Assembly: GCA_032250835.1 (NCBI GenBank)
Contig: JAVVEA010000006.1
Location: forward strand, 86,049-150,048
Reading direction: 5' to 3'
Length of the DNA stretch: 64,000 nt
Source of the DNA: a bacterium
Lineage (GTDB): Bacteria > SAR324 > XYD2-FULL-50-16
In this document: positions 51,978-60,649 of the stretch, in pieces
Position numbering within the stretch: position 1 is the first letter of the stretch
How the letters are laid out: the number at the start of each line of letters is the position of its first letter
Notes under the pieces: generated by a model
The model's database searches: none
What the model saw: only the letters and a program-made list of their open reading frames with translations
What the model was told of the DNA's origin: nothing
Program-made: the position numbers and the translations under genes

Positions 51978-52286
51978 GATTTCCAAACTCCAAAAATTTT
52001 GAATCAGCAGGGTCCAGGACTTAACAGACCTAAAGGCCCATGCTGCGGTTCTTACACCGATAATAAACTGTATACTTAAGATCCCGCAATCCGCAGTTTT
52101 ACTGCCTCTTGAGGGCCATAAAAACACCCTAGATGCCCTAGGGACGGCCACTAGGTACGGCAGTTAGGTTGGCAAATAGCCTGCTAGTGTGGGCTTGGGG
52201 TAGGTTGCTTGATTCTAGTGCGGGTAGGAAGGTTCCTGCGCAGAGGCATTTTGTCTCCTGTTGTTTGCAGTGAATGCATATACCGT

Positions 52287-52302
52287 AGCAAGCGTTGTGC
52301 CC
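52287..52302 (-). promoter_or_regulatory. Possible sigma54 promoter facing the pilus operon
   Basis: GGGCAC-AACGC-TTGCT (-24/-12 spacing) about 310 nt upstream of the major pilin. Confidence 0.3.
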
Positions 52303-52686
52303 TAATGTCCCGCAACCGCTCCCAAGCCAAATAATTTCTAGTCTTGGGGTCCGGTTTTTCCGTTATTGCTGGGTTTCAGAGGATTTTAGGGTTGCCTTAC
52401 AAGGGGGCCTCGGAAGACTCGCAAGGGATTGGTTGAGCCCGAAAGCCACCCAGAGCAAAGGATTCTTGGGAGCTCAAAGTATCTGGGCATTTGGTGGGCT
52501 AGACTGCGCCGCCGGTATAATTAGGAGGACCAATTATCGAGCGGGCCTACCAGATATGTAGGAATGCTGCCGGGCAAAGCGACGAAAGACGTAGGTTCTC
52601 TTTTTTGGCCAGCGGGCCGAATCCAACGGGCCTGCTCGAAGGTAAAACAGGCTAGCGTTGGCTAGCCAGCAGAGGCGGCTTGGGCG

Positions 52687-53754
52687 CTAGTCCACCAGCG
52701 CCACCGACTTGACTAGGCCAAAGACCTGAGCGCCGGGGCGCAGGCCCAACTGCTCCTGCGAGCGGCGGGTGATCCGCGCTAAGATGGTCGTTCCACCGGC
52801 GTTGAGCTTGACCATCACGCGCGCGGCGTTCTGCATCGGGGCGATTTCTTCGACCACCGCCGGGAAACAGTTTAAGATGCTGGTCTCCTCTGGCGGTTTG
52901 AGCGCCAGGGCTAGATCACGGGCCATGATCCGCACCCGCACCGATTGCCCTAGGGGAAAGGGGAGTTGGGTCGTGTGGATGGACCCGCCCGGAAAATCCA
53001 ACCGGGTTAGGTGGAAGGCCTCGTCATGGGCGGCTACCTGGGTGTCTAAAATGGATTCGGCCTCTTCGTCGTGGGCTAGCCCCAAGTCTAACCGGGTGGA
53101 CATTTCGCGGTAAGGCCCCGCCGCCTCAATCCGGCCCGGCTGCATCAAAACCAGATAGTCCGCCAAGCGGGCCACCTCTTGGGCGCTGTGGCTTACGTAA
53201 ATCACGGGGATGGAAAGTTCGCGGTGCAGCCGCTCTAAGAAGGGCAAGATCTCTTTGCGGCTGGACTGGTCCAGCGCCGCCAGGGGCTCGTCCATCAGCA
53301 ACATGCGCGGCTCGGTTAAGAGCGCACGGGCCATGGCCACCCGCTGGCTCTCGCCGCCCGAAAGACCGCGGGGCGCGCGCTCTAGCAAAGGGGCAACGCC
53401 CAAAAGCTCCACGATCTCGTCCCACAGCTGATCGTTGGCCGAAGGGCCCTTGAGCTTGAGGCCATAAGTCAGGTTTTCGCGAACGCTCAGGTGGGGGAAT
53501 AGAGCGGCCTGCTGGAAAACGTAGCCGATCTGCCGCCGGTGCGCGGGCACGAAAAAACGGCCGTCTTGCCAACAGTCACCCTTAAAGTGCAACCGACCCA
53601 GGGCCGGGTCGAGCCCCGCCAAAGCCCGGAGCAAGCTAGTCTTTCCGCAGCCCGAAGGACCGAATAGGGCGGTGACGCCTTGGCCGGGCAGCACCAAGTT
53701 GGCTTCTAGCGAAAAGTCGCCGCGGCGGATGGAAAGGTCCAGATGGATGTTCAT
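52687..53754 (-). CDS. modC: Molybdate ABC transporter ATPase
   Basis: GPSGCGKT, LSGGESQRVA, MDEP; C-terminal TOBE domain. Confidence 0.95.
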   Translation of the reverse strand: MNIHLDLSIRRGDFSLEANLVLPGQGVTALFGPSGCGKTSLLRALAGLDPALGRLHFKGDCWQDGRFFVPAHRRQIGYVFQQAALFPHLSVRENLTYGLKLKGPSANDQLWDEIVELLGVAPLLERAPRGLSGGESQRVAMARALLTEPRMLLMDEPLAALDQSSRKEILPFLERLHRELSIPVIYVSHSAQEVARLADYLVLMQPGRIEAAGPYREMSTRLDLGLAHDEEAESILDTQVAAHDEAFHLTRLDFPGGSIHTTQLPFPLGQSVRVRIMARDLALALKPPEETSILNCFPAVVEEIAPMQNAARVMVKLNAGGTTILARITRRSQEQLGLRPGAQVFGLVKSVALVD

Positions 53755-54428
53755 GGGTGCACCACATTAAACCGGCGGTTGAGCGAATAAACCAACAACA
53801 GCAATGCAAAAGAAAAGACCAGCAACGCCGCCGACAGCCCATGGGCCGCGCCGTATTCCATCGCCTCTACGTGATCGTAGATGGCGATAGACAGCACCTG
53901 GGTCTTTCCGGGAATATTCCCGCCGATCATCAAAACCACGCCAAACTCGCCTAACGTATGGGCGAAGGAGAGCACCGAAGCGGTCAACAGACCCGACCGC
54001 GACAGGGGCAGCACGACCGTAAAAAAGCGCCGTAGCGGGCTGGCCCCTAAGGTTGAGGCGGCTTCTAGTAAGGTTTCGTCCAGCGAGGCGAAGGAGTCGC
54101 GCAACGGTTGCAGCGCAAAGGGCATGGAATAAAGCACCGACCCGATCAACAGACCGCCGAAGGTGAAGGCCAGGGGGCGTCCGGTCCAAAGGATCGAAAG
54201 CGCCCCTAAGGGCCCGTTGGGGCCCAGGGTGATCAGCAGATAAAAGCCCAACACCGTAGGCGGCAAAACCAGCGGCAAGGCGATCACCGCCTCAAACACC
54301 ACCTTAATGCGCCCGCGACAACGGGCCAACCACCAAGCGATGGGCATGCCCAACAAGACGAGGATCAGGGTGGTCAGGCTGGCTAGGCGGAGGGTTAGCC
54401 AAAGTGCGTTTAGGTCCAAGGATGACAT
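53751..54428 (-). CDS. modB: Molybdate ABC transporter permease
   Basis: LPLVLPPTVLGFYLL, FAHTLGEFGVVLMIGGNIPG. Confidence 0.96.
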   Translation of the reverse strand: MSSLDLNALWLTLRLASLTTLILVLLGMPIAWWLARCRGRIKVVFEAVIALPLVLPPTVLGFYLLITLGPNGPLGALSILWTGRPLAFTFGGLLIGSVLYSMPFALQPLRDSFASLDETLLEAASTLGASPLRRFFTVVLPLSRSGLLTASVLSFAHTLGEFGVVLMIGGNIPGKTQVLSIAIYDHVEAMEYGAAHGLSAALLVFSFALLLLVYSLNRRFNVVHP

Positions 54429-54442
54429 GAGGGCTCCAATCG

Positions 54443-55213
54443 TTAAGGGGCGTCGTAACCGTAACGGGCCAAGACGCGGCGCGCCTCTGGGCTTTCCTGA
54501 AGAAATTTAAGGAACGAACGGGCCACCGGGTCTTCCTTGAGCAGCGCCGCCCCTTGTTGGATCGGGTCATGCAATTCTTGGGGCACTACCCAAAAGGAAC
54601 CGCTCGGCTCGTTGCCCTGGTTCTGTTTTAGGTTCTTGACCTGCGAAAGCGCCACGAAGCCTAACTGGGCGTTTCCGCTGAACACGAACTGGAAGGTTTG
54701 GGCGATGTTTTCTCCGCGTACCACCTTCGGCTCTAGGGTGCTCCACAGCCCCTTTTTCTGCAATGCTTGGACCGCCGCCGCGCCATAGGGGGCTAATTTA
54801 GGGTTGGCGAGGGAAAGGTGGTGGAACTCCCCTTGGCTTAAGACCGCCCCTTGCTCGTCCACAAAGCCCGGCCGGGGGCTCCAAAGAGCTAATCGACCCT
54901 GGGCATAAACGAAGACGCTCCCTTTGAGGGCCCTACCTTCCCGCTCCAGCAGGAGCGGGCGTTTCATGTCCGCCGCCAAAAAAGCCGCGAAGGGCGCTCC
55001 GTTTTTGATTTGGGCATAGTGTTTTCCGGTGGAGCCGAAGGAGAGATGGACCTTGTGCCCCCTTTTTGCTTCGAAGGCCTGGGCGATTTCAAGGGCGGCG
55101 TCGGCGAAGTTTGAAGCCACCGCTACGTGGGTCTCCCCGGCCTGGAGGGTTTGGGGACCCACCAGCGACAGAAAAAACCAAGCAGCGGCGAGAGCGAAGG
55201 AGATGCGTTTCAT
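54443..55213 (-). CDS. modA: Molybdate ABC transporter substrate-binding protein
   Basis: AVASNF, FGSTGKHYAQIKNGAP, NPKLAPYG, GENIAQ. Confidence 0.96.
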   Translation of the reverse strand: MKRISFALAAAWFFLSLVGPQTLQAGETHVAVASNFADAALEIAQAFEAKRGHKVHLSFGSTGKHYAQIKNGAPFAAFLAADMKRPLLLEREGRALKGSVFVYAQGRLALWSPRPGFVDEQGAVLSQGEFHHLSLANPKLAPYGAAAVQALQKKGLWSTLEPKVVRGENIAQTFQFVFSGNAQLGFVALSQVKNLKQNQGNEPSGSFWVVPQELHDPIQQGAALLKEDPVARSFLKFLQESPEARRVLARYGYDAP

Positions 55214-55237
55214 AGGGTGTTTAAGGGTTGAGCCTAC

Positions 55238-56023
55238 TTAAAGGGTGATCAAGATAACGTCCGAAGGCTGGAACAAGACCCAAAGCTTATCGCCGATGCG
55301 CGGAGCTAGCTCGGTCAGGGCTTGGACGGGCAAGGTGGCGCAGACATGGTTGCCTCCTTCTAAAGAGAGGATCACCTCATAATGCACCTGCCCCTCAAAG
55401 AGCTCGACGACCTGCCCTTCCAGTTGGTTGCCGGTGGAAATGTTTAGAGGCGCGTCGGACTTGGCTAGAATCACGTTGCTGGCCTTGATCGCGGCGAAGA
55501 CCTCTTTATTTAAGCTTAGGTGGAGGTCTTCGAGGGCGTGGTGGGTGATGGTCGCCGTGATTTGGGTTTTGCCGCTTAGTTGGAGGGTCACCTGCACAAA
55601 GATCGGGCCTTCGTCGAGGGCGATGATTTTTCCGCTGAACTGGTTGCGGGTGCTGATCTTCATGGAAAGTCCCTGAAGGAAATGTTGCGGGGCCGAAAGG
55701 TCCCCGCCGAAGGAGTCGAGCAGGTTGTTGGCTAGTTGGTCGATGCTTTCAAAAACTTGGATCAGCCGTTGCCCCAGCGGCGTCAGGCGGCTGCCCCCAC
55801 CCTGGGCCCCGCCTTTGAACCGCTCCACCAAGGGAGCGGGCGAAAGGTTGTTGACCCGCTCAATCAGCAACCAAGCCTTTTTGTAGCTTATGCCGATGGC
55901 CAGGGCCGCTTGGCGCAGTTGCCCCCTTCGGTCGACTTCTTTAAGTAAGTCGATTTCTTCGCGGCTCAAGAGCTTTTGCTCTTGGTCTTGCAGTATTAAC
56001 TGAGCAATGAAGCGGTAGTTCAT
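55238..56023 (-). CDS. modE: Molybdate-responsive regulator
   Basis: wHTH (ISYKKAW...GGAQGGGSRLT) plus two TOBE/Mop repeats (STRNQF, STGNQL). Confidence 0.92.
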   Translation of the reverse strand: MNYRFIAQLILQDQEQKLLSREEIDLLKEVDRRGQLRQAALAIGISYKKAWLLIERVNNLSPAPLVERFKGGAQGGGSRLTPLGQRLIQVFESIDQLANNLLDSFGGDLSAPQHFLQGLSMKISTRNQFSGKIIALDEGPIFVQVTLQLSGKTQITATITHHALEDLHLSLNKEVFAAIKASNVILAKSDAPLNISTGNQLEGQVVELFEGQVHYEVILSLEGGNHVCATLPVQALTELAPRIGDKLWVLFQPSDVILITL

Positions 56024-56087
56024 GGCTGCTTAAGCGGTCTTTCGGCTCGTTCCCCGCCTAGCTTGGTTGGGAGGGGTTAGAAATATC

Positions 56088-56111
56088 CGATTGGTAACCC
56101 ATTACCAATCG
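56088..56111. promoter_or_regulatory. Perfect 10-bp inverted repeat upstream of modE
   Basis: CGATTGGTAA-ccca-TTACCAATCG. Confidence 0.45.
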
Positions 56112-56696
56112 CTATTCAACCTACTGCATCCCCTATGCCAGCGTCTAGAAATATCCTCCCTACCGCCCTGGGGTAAGGGGCCTGATTTTTCCGCAATAAC
56201 TTGGTATTAAAAGGATAGTGTTGGCCGCTACCGCTGCCTGAGGGCCGCCAATGGGCCACCCTTTTGGGGGTGTCTAGCCTTGTCTTGATTGCGACATTTT
56301 GTCGCAAATATTCCCGCCTTTGGTGTGCTTTCAACTCACTCCCCGTAAGAAAAACACTCCGGCCCGCTGCTCCGGCCCCCGTGGGGCCTCTAGCTGCAGG
56401 CATCGAAGGAATCCGGGACGGAGAATTTCTCTCCCGATCAGTTCCTTTAACTCAAACAAGTCTGTTGTTTGGGGCCTGGATTTGATATACTAAGCAACAA
56501 CGCTCGCTTTGCGGCGGCTTCAGGGCCAAAGACGCTGGGCGAGAAAGAGCAGGGCTCAGCGCCTAATGCCGCAAATCAAGGCCGCTCCCGCCTGGGGACC
56601 CGGACCTGATTTAAGCGTAGATTGGGCCAAGCGGCTGGCTGGGGCGGGTGGGCCTGTTTTTAGTTTTATGGACCGCAAGATAACCAAAGAGGGTTT

Positions 56697-58076
56697 ATGT
56701 ATCCCTTTAGAGAGTTGGAAGATTCGCTAGGGAAGGTCTTGGTGCCGCGAGAGGCGCTTTATGCGGCCCAGACCCAGCGGGCGGTAGAGAATTTCCCCAT
56801 CGGCCACGGCCCCTTGCCGAAGCCCTTGATCTACGCTTTAGCTCAAATCAAACAGGCCGCCGCCTCGGTTGCCCGAAAAATGGGGCTTCAGGGTTCCGAG
56901 AAGTGTTTGGCCATTGAGAAGGCGGCTGCTGAGGTTTTGCAAGGTAAGTGGGATGACCAGTTTCCGGTGGACCTCTTCCAAACCGGATCGGGCACTTCTT
57001 CTAACATGAACGTGAACGAAGTGATCGCCCACCGGGCCGCACAGATTACGGGCATCCACATCCATCCGAACGACAACGTAAACTTTGGCCAAAGCTCCAA
57101 TGACGTAGTGCCTACGGCGATCCATTTGGCGGTGTTAGGCCAAGCGGCGGAGCTTTTAGAGCCCGCTTTGGCGGAACTGACCGCGCAGTTAGACCAAGCC
57201 GCCCAGCGGTGGGGATCGGTGGTGAAAACCGGACGGACCCACTTGATGGACGCCCTCCCGGTAACTCTGGGGCAGGTGTTCGGCGGCTTTGCCCAGCAGC
57301 TGCGGACCCGCCAAGCGGCCTTGGAAAAAAGCCTGAGCGGGCTATACGCTTTGCCGCTGGGGGGTACCGCCGTAGGTAGCGGGCTAAACGCCCCGCCGGG
57401 CTTCGCCGCCCAGGTGGCGGCGGTCTTGGGCCAGCAACTGGACCGACCGCTTTACGAGGCCGAAAACCACTTTGCCCAGGCAGGCAACCTGGACGCCTTA
57501 GCCGAGGTGATGGGCCAGCTCAAGGGGCTTGCGCTGGCGCTTTTGAAGCTATGCAACGATCTGCGCTGGATGAATTCGGGGCCCCAGGCCGGTCTGGGTG
57601 AGATTAGGCTGGCCGAGCTACAGCCCGGTTCTTCGATCATGCCCGGCAAGGTGAACCCGGTGGTCGAGGAATCCACGGCGATGATCTGCGTTCAGGTGGT
57701 GGGTTTTGAGGCGGCCTTTACGCTGGCGGCGAGCCAAAGCAACTTCGAACTGAGCGTGATGCTGCCCCTGGCGGGTTATAACCTACTGGAATCAATCCGC
57801 CTGCTCTCGGCGGGGATCAGCAACCTAGCCAGACGCTCAATCGCCCAACTGCAACCGAACCTGACGCACTTGGCCGAACAAGCAGGCAAAAACCCCCTTT
57901 TGGCGACGGTACTCAACCCTTTGGTGGGCTATGATAAAGCCGCCGAGATCGTCAAAGAAGCCTACCGCACCGGCCAAAGCGTCAAAGCCGTAGCCTTGCA
58001 ACTGACGGACTTAAAACCCGAAGAACTCGACCAAGCCCTAAACCCGCTCTATTTGACCGGATACCAACCTAAATAA
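56697..58076 (+). CDS. fumC: Class II fumarate hydratase
   Basis: QTGSGTSSNMN, QSSND, GRTHLMDA, GSSIMPGKVNP. Confidence 0.92.
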   Translation: MYPFRELEDSLGKVLVPREALYAAQTQRAVENFPIGHGPLPKPLIYALAQIKQAAASVARKMGLQGSEKCLAIEKAAAEVLQGKWDDQFPVDLFQTGSGTSSNMNVNEVIAHRAAQITGIHIHPNDNVNFGQSSNDVVPTAIHLAVLGQAAELLEPALAELTAQLDQAAQRWGSVVKTGRTHLMDALPVTLGQVFGGFAQQLRTRQAALEKSLSGLYALPLGGTAVGSGLNAPPGFAAQVAAVLGQQLDRPLYEAENHFAQAGNLDALAEVMGQLKGLALALLKLCNDLRWMNSGPQAGLGEIRLAELQPGSSIMPGKVNPVVEESTAMICVQVVGFEAAFTLAASQSNFELSVMLPLAGYNLLESIRLLSAGISNLARRSIAQLQPNLTHLAEQAGKNPLLATVLNPLVGYDKAAEIVKEAYRTGQSVKAVALQLTDLKPEELDQALNPLYLTGYQPK

Positions 58077-58109
58077 CTCTGCTGGCTGGGGGGGCGAATC
58101 GGGACAGCC

Positions 58110-58385
58110 TTGGAACTAACCCCGCTGGCCACCGCATCAAAGCAGTCTTTTTCAGACGACTTCTTCTCGGGTCACGGCTTCGGTCGTGTTTTTGCGTCCC
58201 TGCTGGTCAGCAAAGGCGTTCTGCTCTATACGGTGCAGCACCTACTCACCCACAAGGACCAGCGCATGACCCAGCGGTATGCGCATTTGAGTGATGAGAG
58301 TTTGAGGGAGGGCAGCGAAATGATTGAGCAGGCCATTTCAGCGCTGGGGTTGGATAAAAGTAAAGACTCCTTCGAACTGTTTTAA
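58110..58385 (+). pseudogene. Tyrosine recombinase (integrase) C-terminal remnant
   Basis: H.FGRVFASLLV..G..LYTVQHLLTHKDQRMTQRYAHL is box II with the catalytic Tyr; H-x-x-R is degenerate; no N-terminal part. Confidence 0.75.
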
Positions 58386-58507
58386 TGGTCTTTTCATGTG
58401 ACGCTCATGATGCATAGATGAAAGCACTAGAAAGAAAGCCTTTAACCCGTTATTTTCCTTAAAAATGTTGGCGAGTTTAGCCAGCAAGGCTTAGATCAAA
58501 GGTAACA

Positions 58508-59680
58508 ATGGCTCCTACTTTTATCAGTCTTTTCTCTGGCTGCGGTGGTCTTGACCTTGGATTCCTCCAAGCTGGATATCAGTCTATCGGTGCTTTTGAC
58601 ATAAATCCAAATGCTTTAGCCGTTCTGCATCAAAACACGAGTAGCCCGGTTTTTGAAACGGATTTGTCAGTATCTCAGCCACCCGCAGTCCTGCTTAAAC
58701 AAGCGGACGTATTTCTATCTGGGTCGCCTTGCCAAGGGTTTTCAACTATTGGGAAACGCCAGTTAAATGATCCGAGGAATCAACTACTTTTGGTTGGTGG
58801 CGATTTGGTACGAAAATATAAACCAAAAATATACGTTTCGGAAAACGTCCCAGGTGCCATAGTCGGGAAGCATCGAGTATATTGGGACCAATTGCACCAA
58901 ATGCTTAAAAGTGCTGGGTACCAGACATACGACTTAAAAGTTAAAGCATCTGATTTCGGGGTTGCACAAGAAAGAAAACGGATTTTTCTGGTGGCTTGGC
59001 GACAAAAAGTCAATTGGAGTTTTCACCTCCCTCAAAACTTAGTAAGCAAGCTTTCTGATGTTCTTTCGAATCTTGAGGGTCTTCCTAACCACGATCCAAA
59101 ACATTTGGCTGAAAACTCGAAACAACATATAATCGCAACAAAAATTCGGCCAGGGCAGAAACTGTGCAACGTGCGTGGAGGGGATAGGGCAGTCCACACG
59201 TGGGATATTCCGGAGGTCTTCGGTAGCGTCACCATGGAGGAAAGGTCCGTACTTGAATCGATGATTCAACTACGAAGGCGTATTCGAGTACGAGATTTTG
59301 GTGATGCAGACCCTGTCCCGACAGAACTGCTTGCAGAAAAATTTGGAGCTTCGGTAATAGAGTCTTTGGAGCAAAAAGAGTACCTTAGGAAGATCGGCAA
59401 AAATCACGACATTACCAGAGCATTTAACGGGAAATTCCGCAGGCTCGACGGGGAAAAACTTTCATACACTGTCGATACGAGGTTCGGAAACCCTAATTTT
59501 TTTTTACACCCTCAAGAGCACAGGGGCCTTACGGTACGTGAAGCCGCTCGAATACAGGGATTCCCTGATGACTTTATCTTTTCCGGTGGCATCAGTGAAC
59601 AATACTCGATTATAGGAAATGCAGTACCGCCTCCGATGGCTAAGTATATTGCAGATTATTTGAAAAACATATTGTTGTAG
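58508..59680 (+). CDS. dcm: DNA (cytosine-5)-methyltransferase
   Basis: Motifs I FSGCGG, IV GSPCQGFS, VI ENV, VIII QERKR, IX REAARIQGFPD, X IGNAVPP. Confidence 0.95.
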   Translation: MAPTFISLFSGCGGLDLGFLQAGYQSIGAFDINPNALAVLHQNTSSPVFETDLSVSQPPAVLLKQADVFLSGSPCQGFSTIGKRQLNDPRNQLLLVGGDLVRKYKPKIYVSENVPGAIVGKHRVYWDQLHQMLKSAGYQTYDLKVKASDFGVAQERKRIFLVAWRQKVNWSFHLPQNLVSKLSDVLSNLEGLPNHDPKHLAENSKQHIIATKIRPGQKLCNVRGGDRAVHTWDIPEVFGSVTMEERSVLESMIQLRRRIRVRDFGDADPVPTELLAEKFGASVIESLEQKEYLRKIGKNHDITRAFNGKFRRLDGEKLSYTVDTRFGNPNFFLHPQEHRGLTVREAARIQGFPDDFIFSGGISEQYSIIGNAVPPPMAKYIADYLKNILL

Positions 59681-59686
59681 ACTCAG

Positions 59687-60646
59687 ATGACAAGCAAACT
59701 TGAAAAATTGCTGCTTTCAGCCGATCCTGAGTTGATTTTAGCTTCCCATCAGGTGGAATTTCTTCAAAACATGCTGTTCGAGGCATATGAACCATGTTTG
59801 CCGCCAAACGCGAGCTTCTCGCATCGGCTTCAAACATGGATAGAAAACTTCAGTCCTACCGATAGTGTTACAATGTACAAGTTCTTAAATAAGCTGTTTT
59901 TTGTGGGGCAGCGTGAGTTTGAAGAGCTTTACAGATACGCCTATAACGGTCCGATAGCTAGGTGGCTGATCGACAAATATTGTATAAAGCTTGATGATCC
60001 TGATGGAGCACGAAAGCTATCAACTGCTGCTCAAGAAACGTGGTTTTGCCCAATTTCCGACAGCTTGAGGATCAATGCATTTTTCCATATTAATAAAATT
60101 TCGGCTTTTGCCGATTTCAGGCCGGATTGGCGTTCTTTAGCGAAATTTTCTGATTTAGAGCGAGTTCAAAGCTATATATCCCAAAAAGGCGTGAAAAATA
60201 TTGTCCTTCTTGAAGATTTTGTTGGTGGCGGTAGTCAGTTGTCAGAAGTGCAAGACGCTCTTTTGGACTATTCTCGTAGTCTCAATATTTTAATTTGCCC
60301 GCTGATTATTTGTCCAGAAGGAGCAAAAAACGTCTCAAAATTATCTAAACGAATATACGTGGATTTTGAGCCTGTACTTATACTAAATGAGCGTGCGTTT
60401 GTTTTCCCCAACCAACACACTAACGAGCTTCCTGAAGCAGCTGAGGTACGAAAGATTATTCTGAAAACTTATCCTAAAGTTAGCTTTGGAAGCCTGCCTG
60501 AGGCTAAACCATACACTGCATTTGGGTTTCAGGAAACAGGCGGGCTAGTAGTAATGTACTCGAATACTCCCGACAATACGCTACCCTGTATTCATCATCT
60601 CTCAGACGAATGGGCCCCTTTGTTTCTTCGTCACAGCCGGGTTTGA
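59687..60646 (+). CDS. Phosphoribosyltransferase-fold protein of conflict-system type
   Basis: PRPP loop IVLLEDFVGGGSQ; C-terminal GF..TGGLVVMYSNTPDNTLP.I....W.PLF.R. Confidence 0.7.
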   Translation: MTSKLEKLLLSADPELILASHQVEFLQNMLFEAYEPCLPPNASFSHRLQTWIENFSPTDSVTMYKFLNKLFFVGQREFEELYRYAYNGPIARWLIDKYCIKLDDPDGARKLSTAAQETWFCPISDSLRINAFFHINKISAFADFRPDWRSLAKFSDLERVQSYISQKGVKNIVLLEDFVGGGSQLSEVQDALLDYSRSLNILICPLIICPEGAKNVSKLSKRIYVDFEPVLILNERAFVFPNQHTNELPEAAEVRKIILKTYPKVSFGSLPEAKPYTAFGFQETGGLVVMYSNTPDNTLPCIHHLSDEWAPLFLRHSRV

Positions 60647-60649
60647 GCT

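Noticed and set aside
52336-52351. Possible att copy of the tRNA-Arg 3' end (TCTTGGGGTC) bounding a 41.3-52.3 kb island
   Set aside because: Only a 10-bp exact match, no integrase in the interval, and composition similar to the backbone
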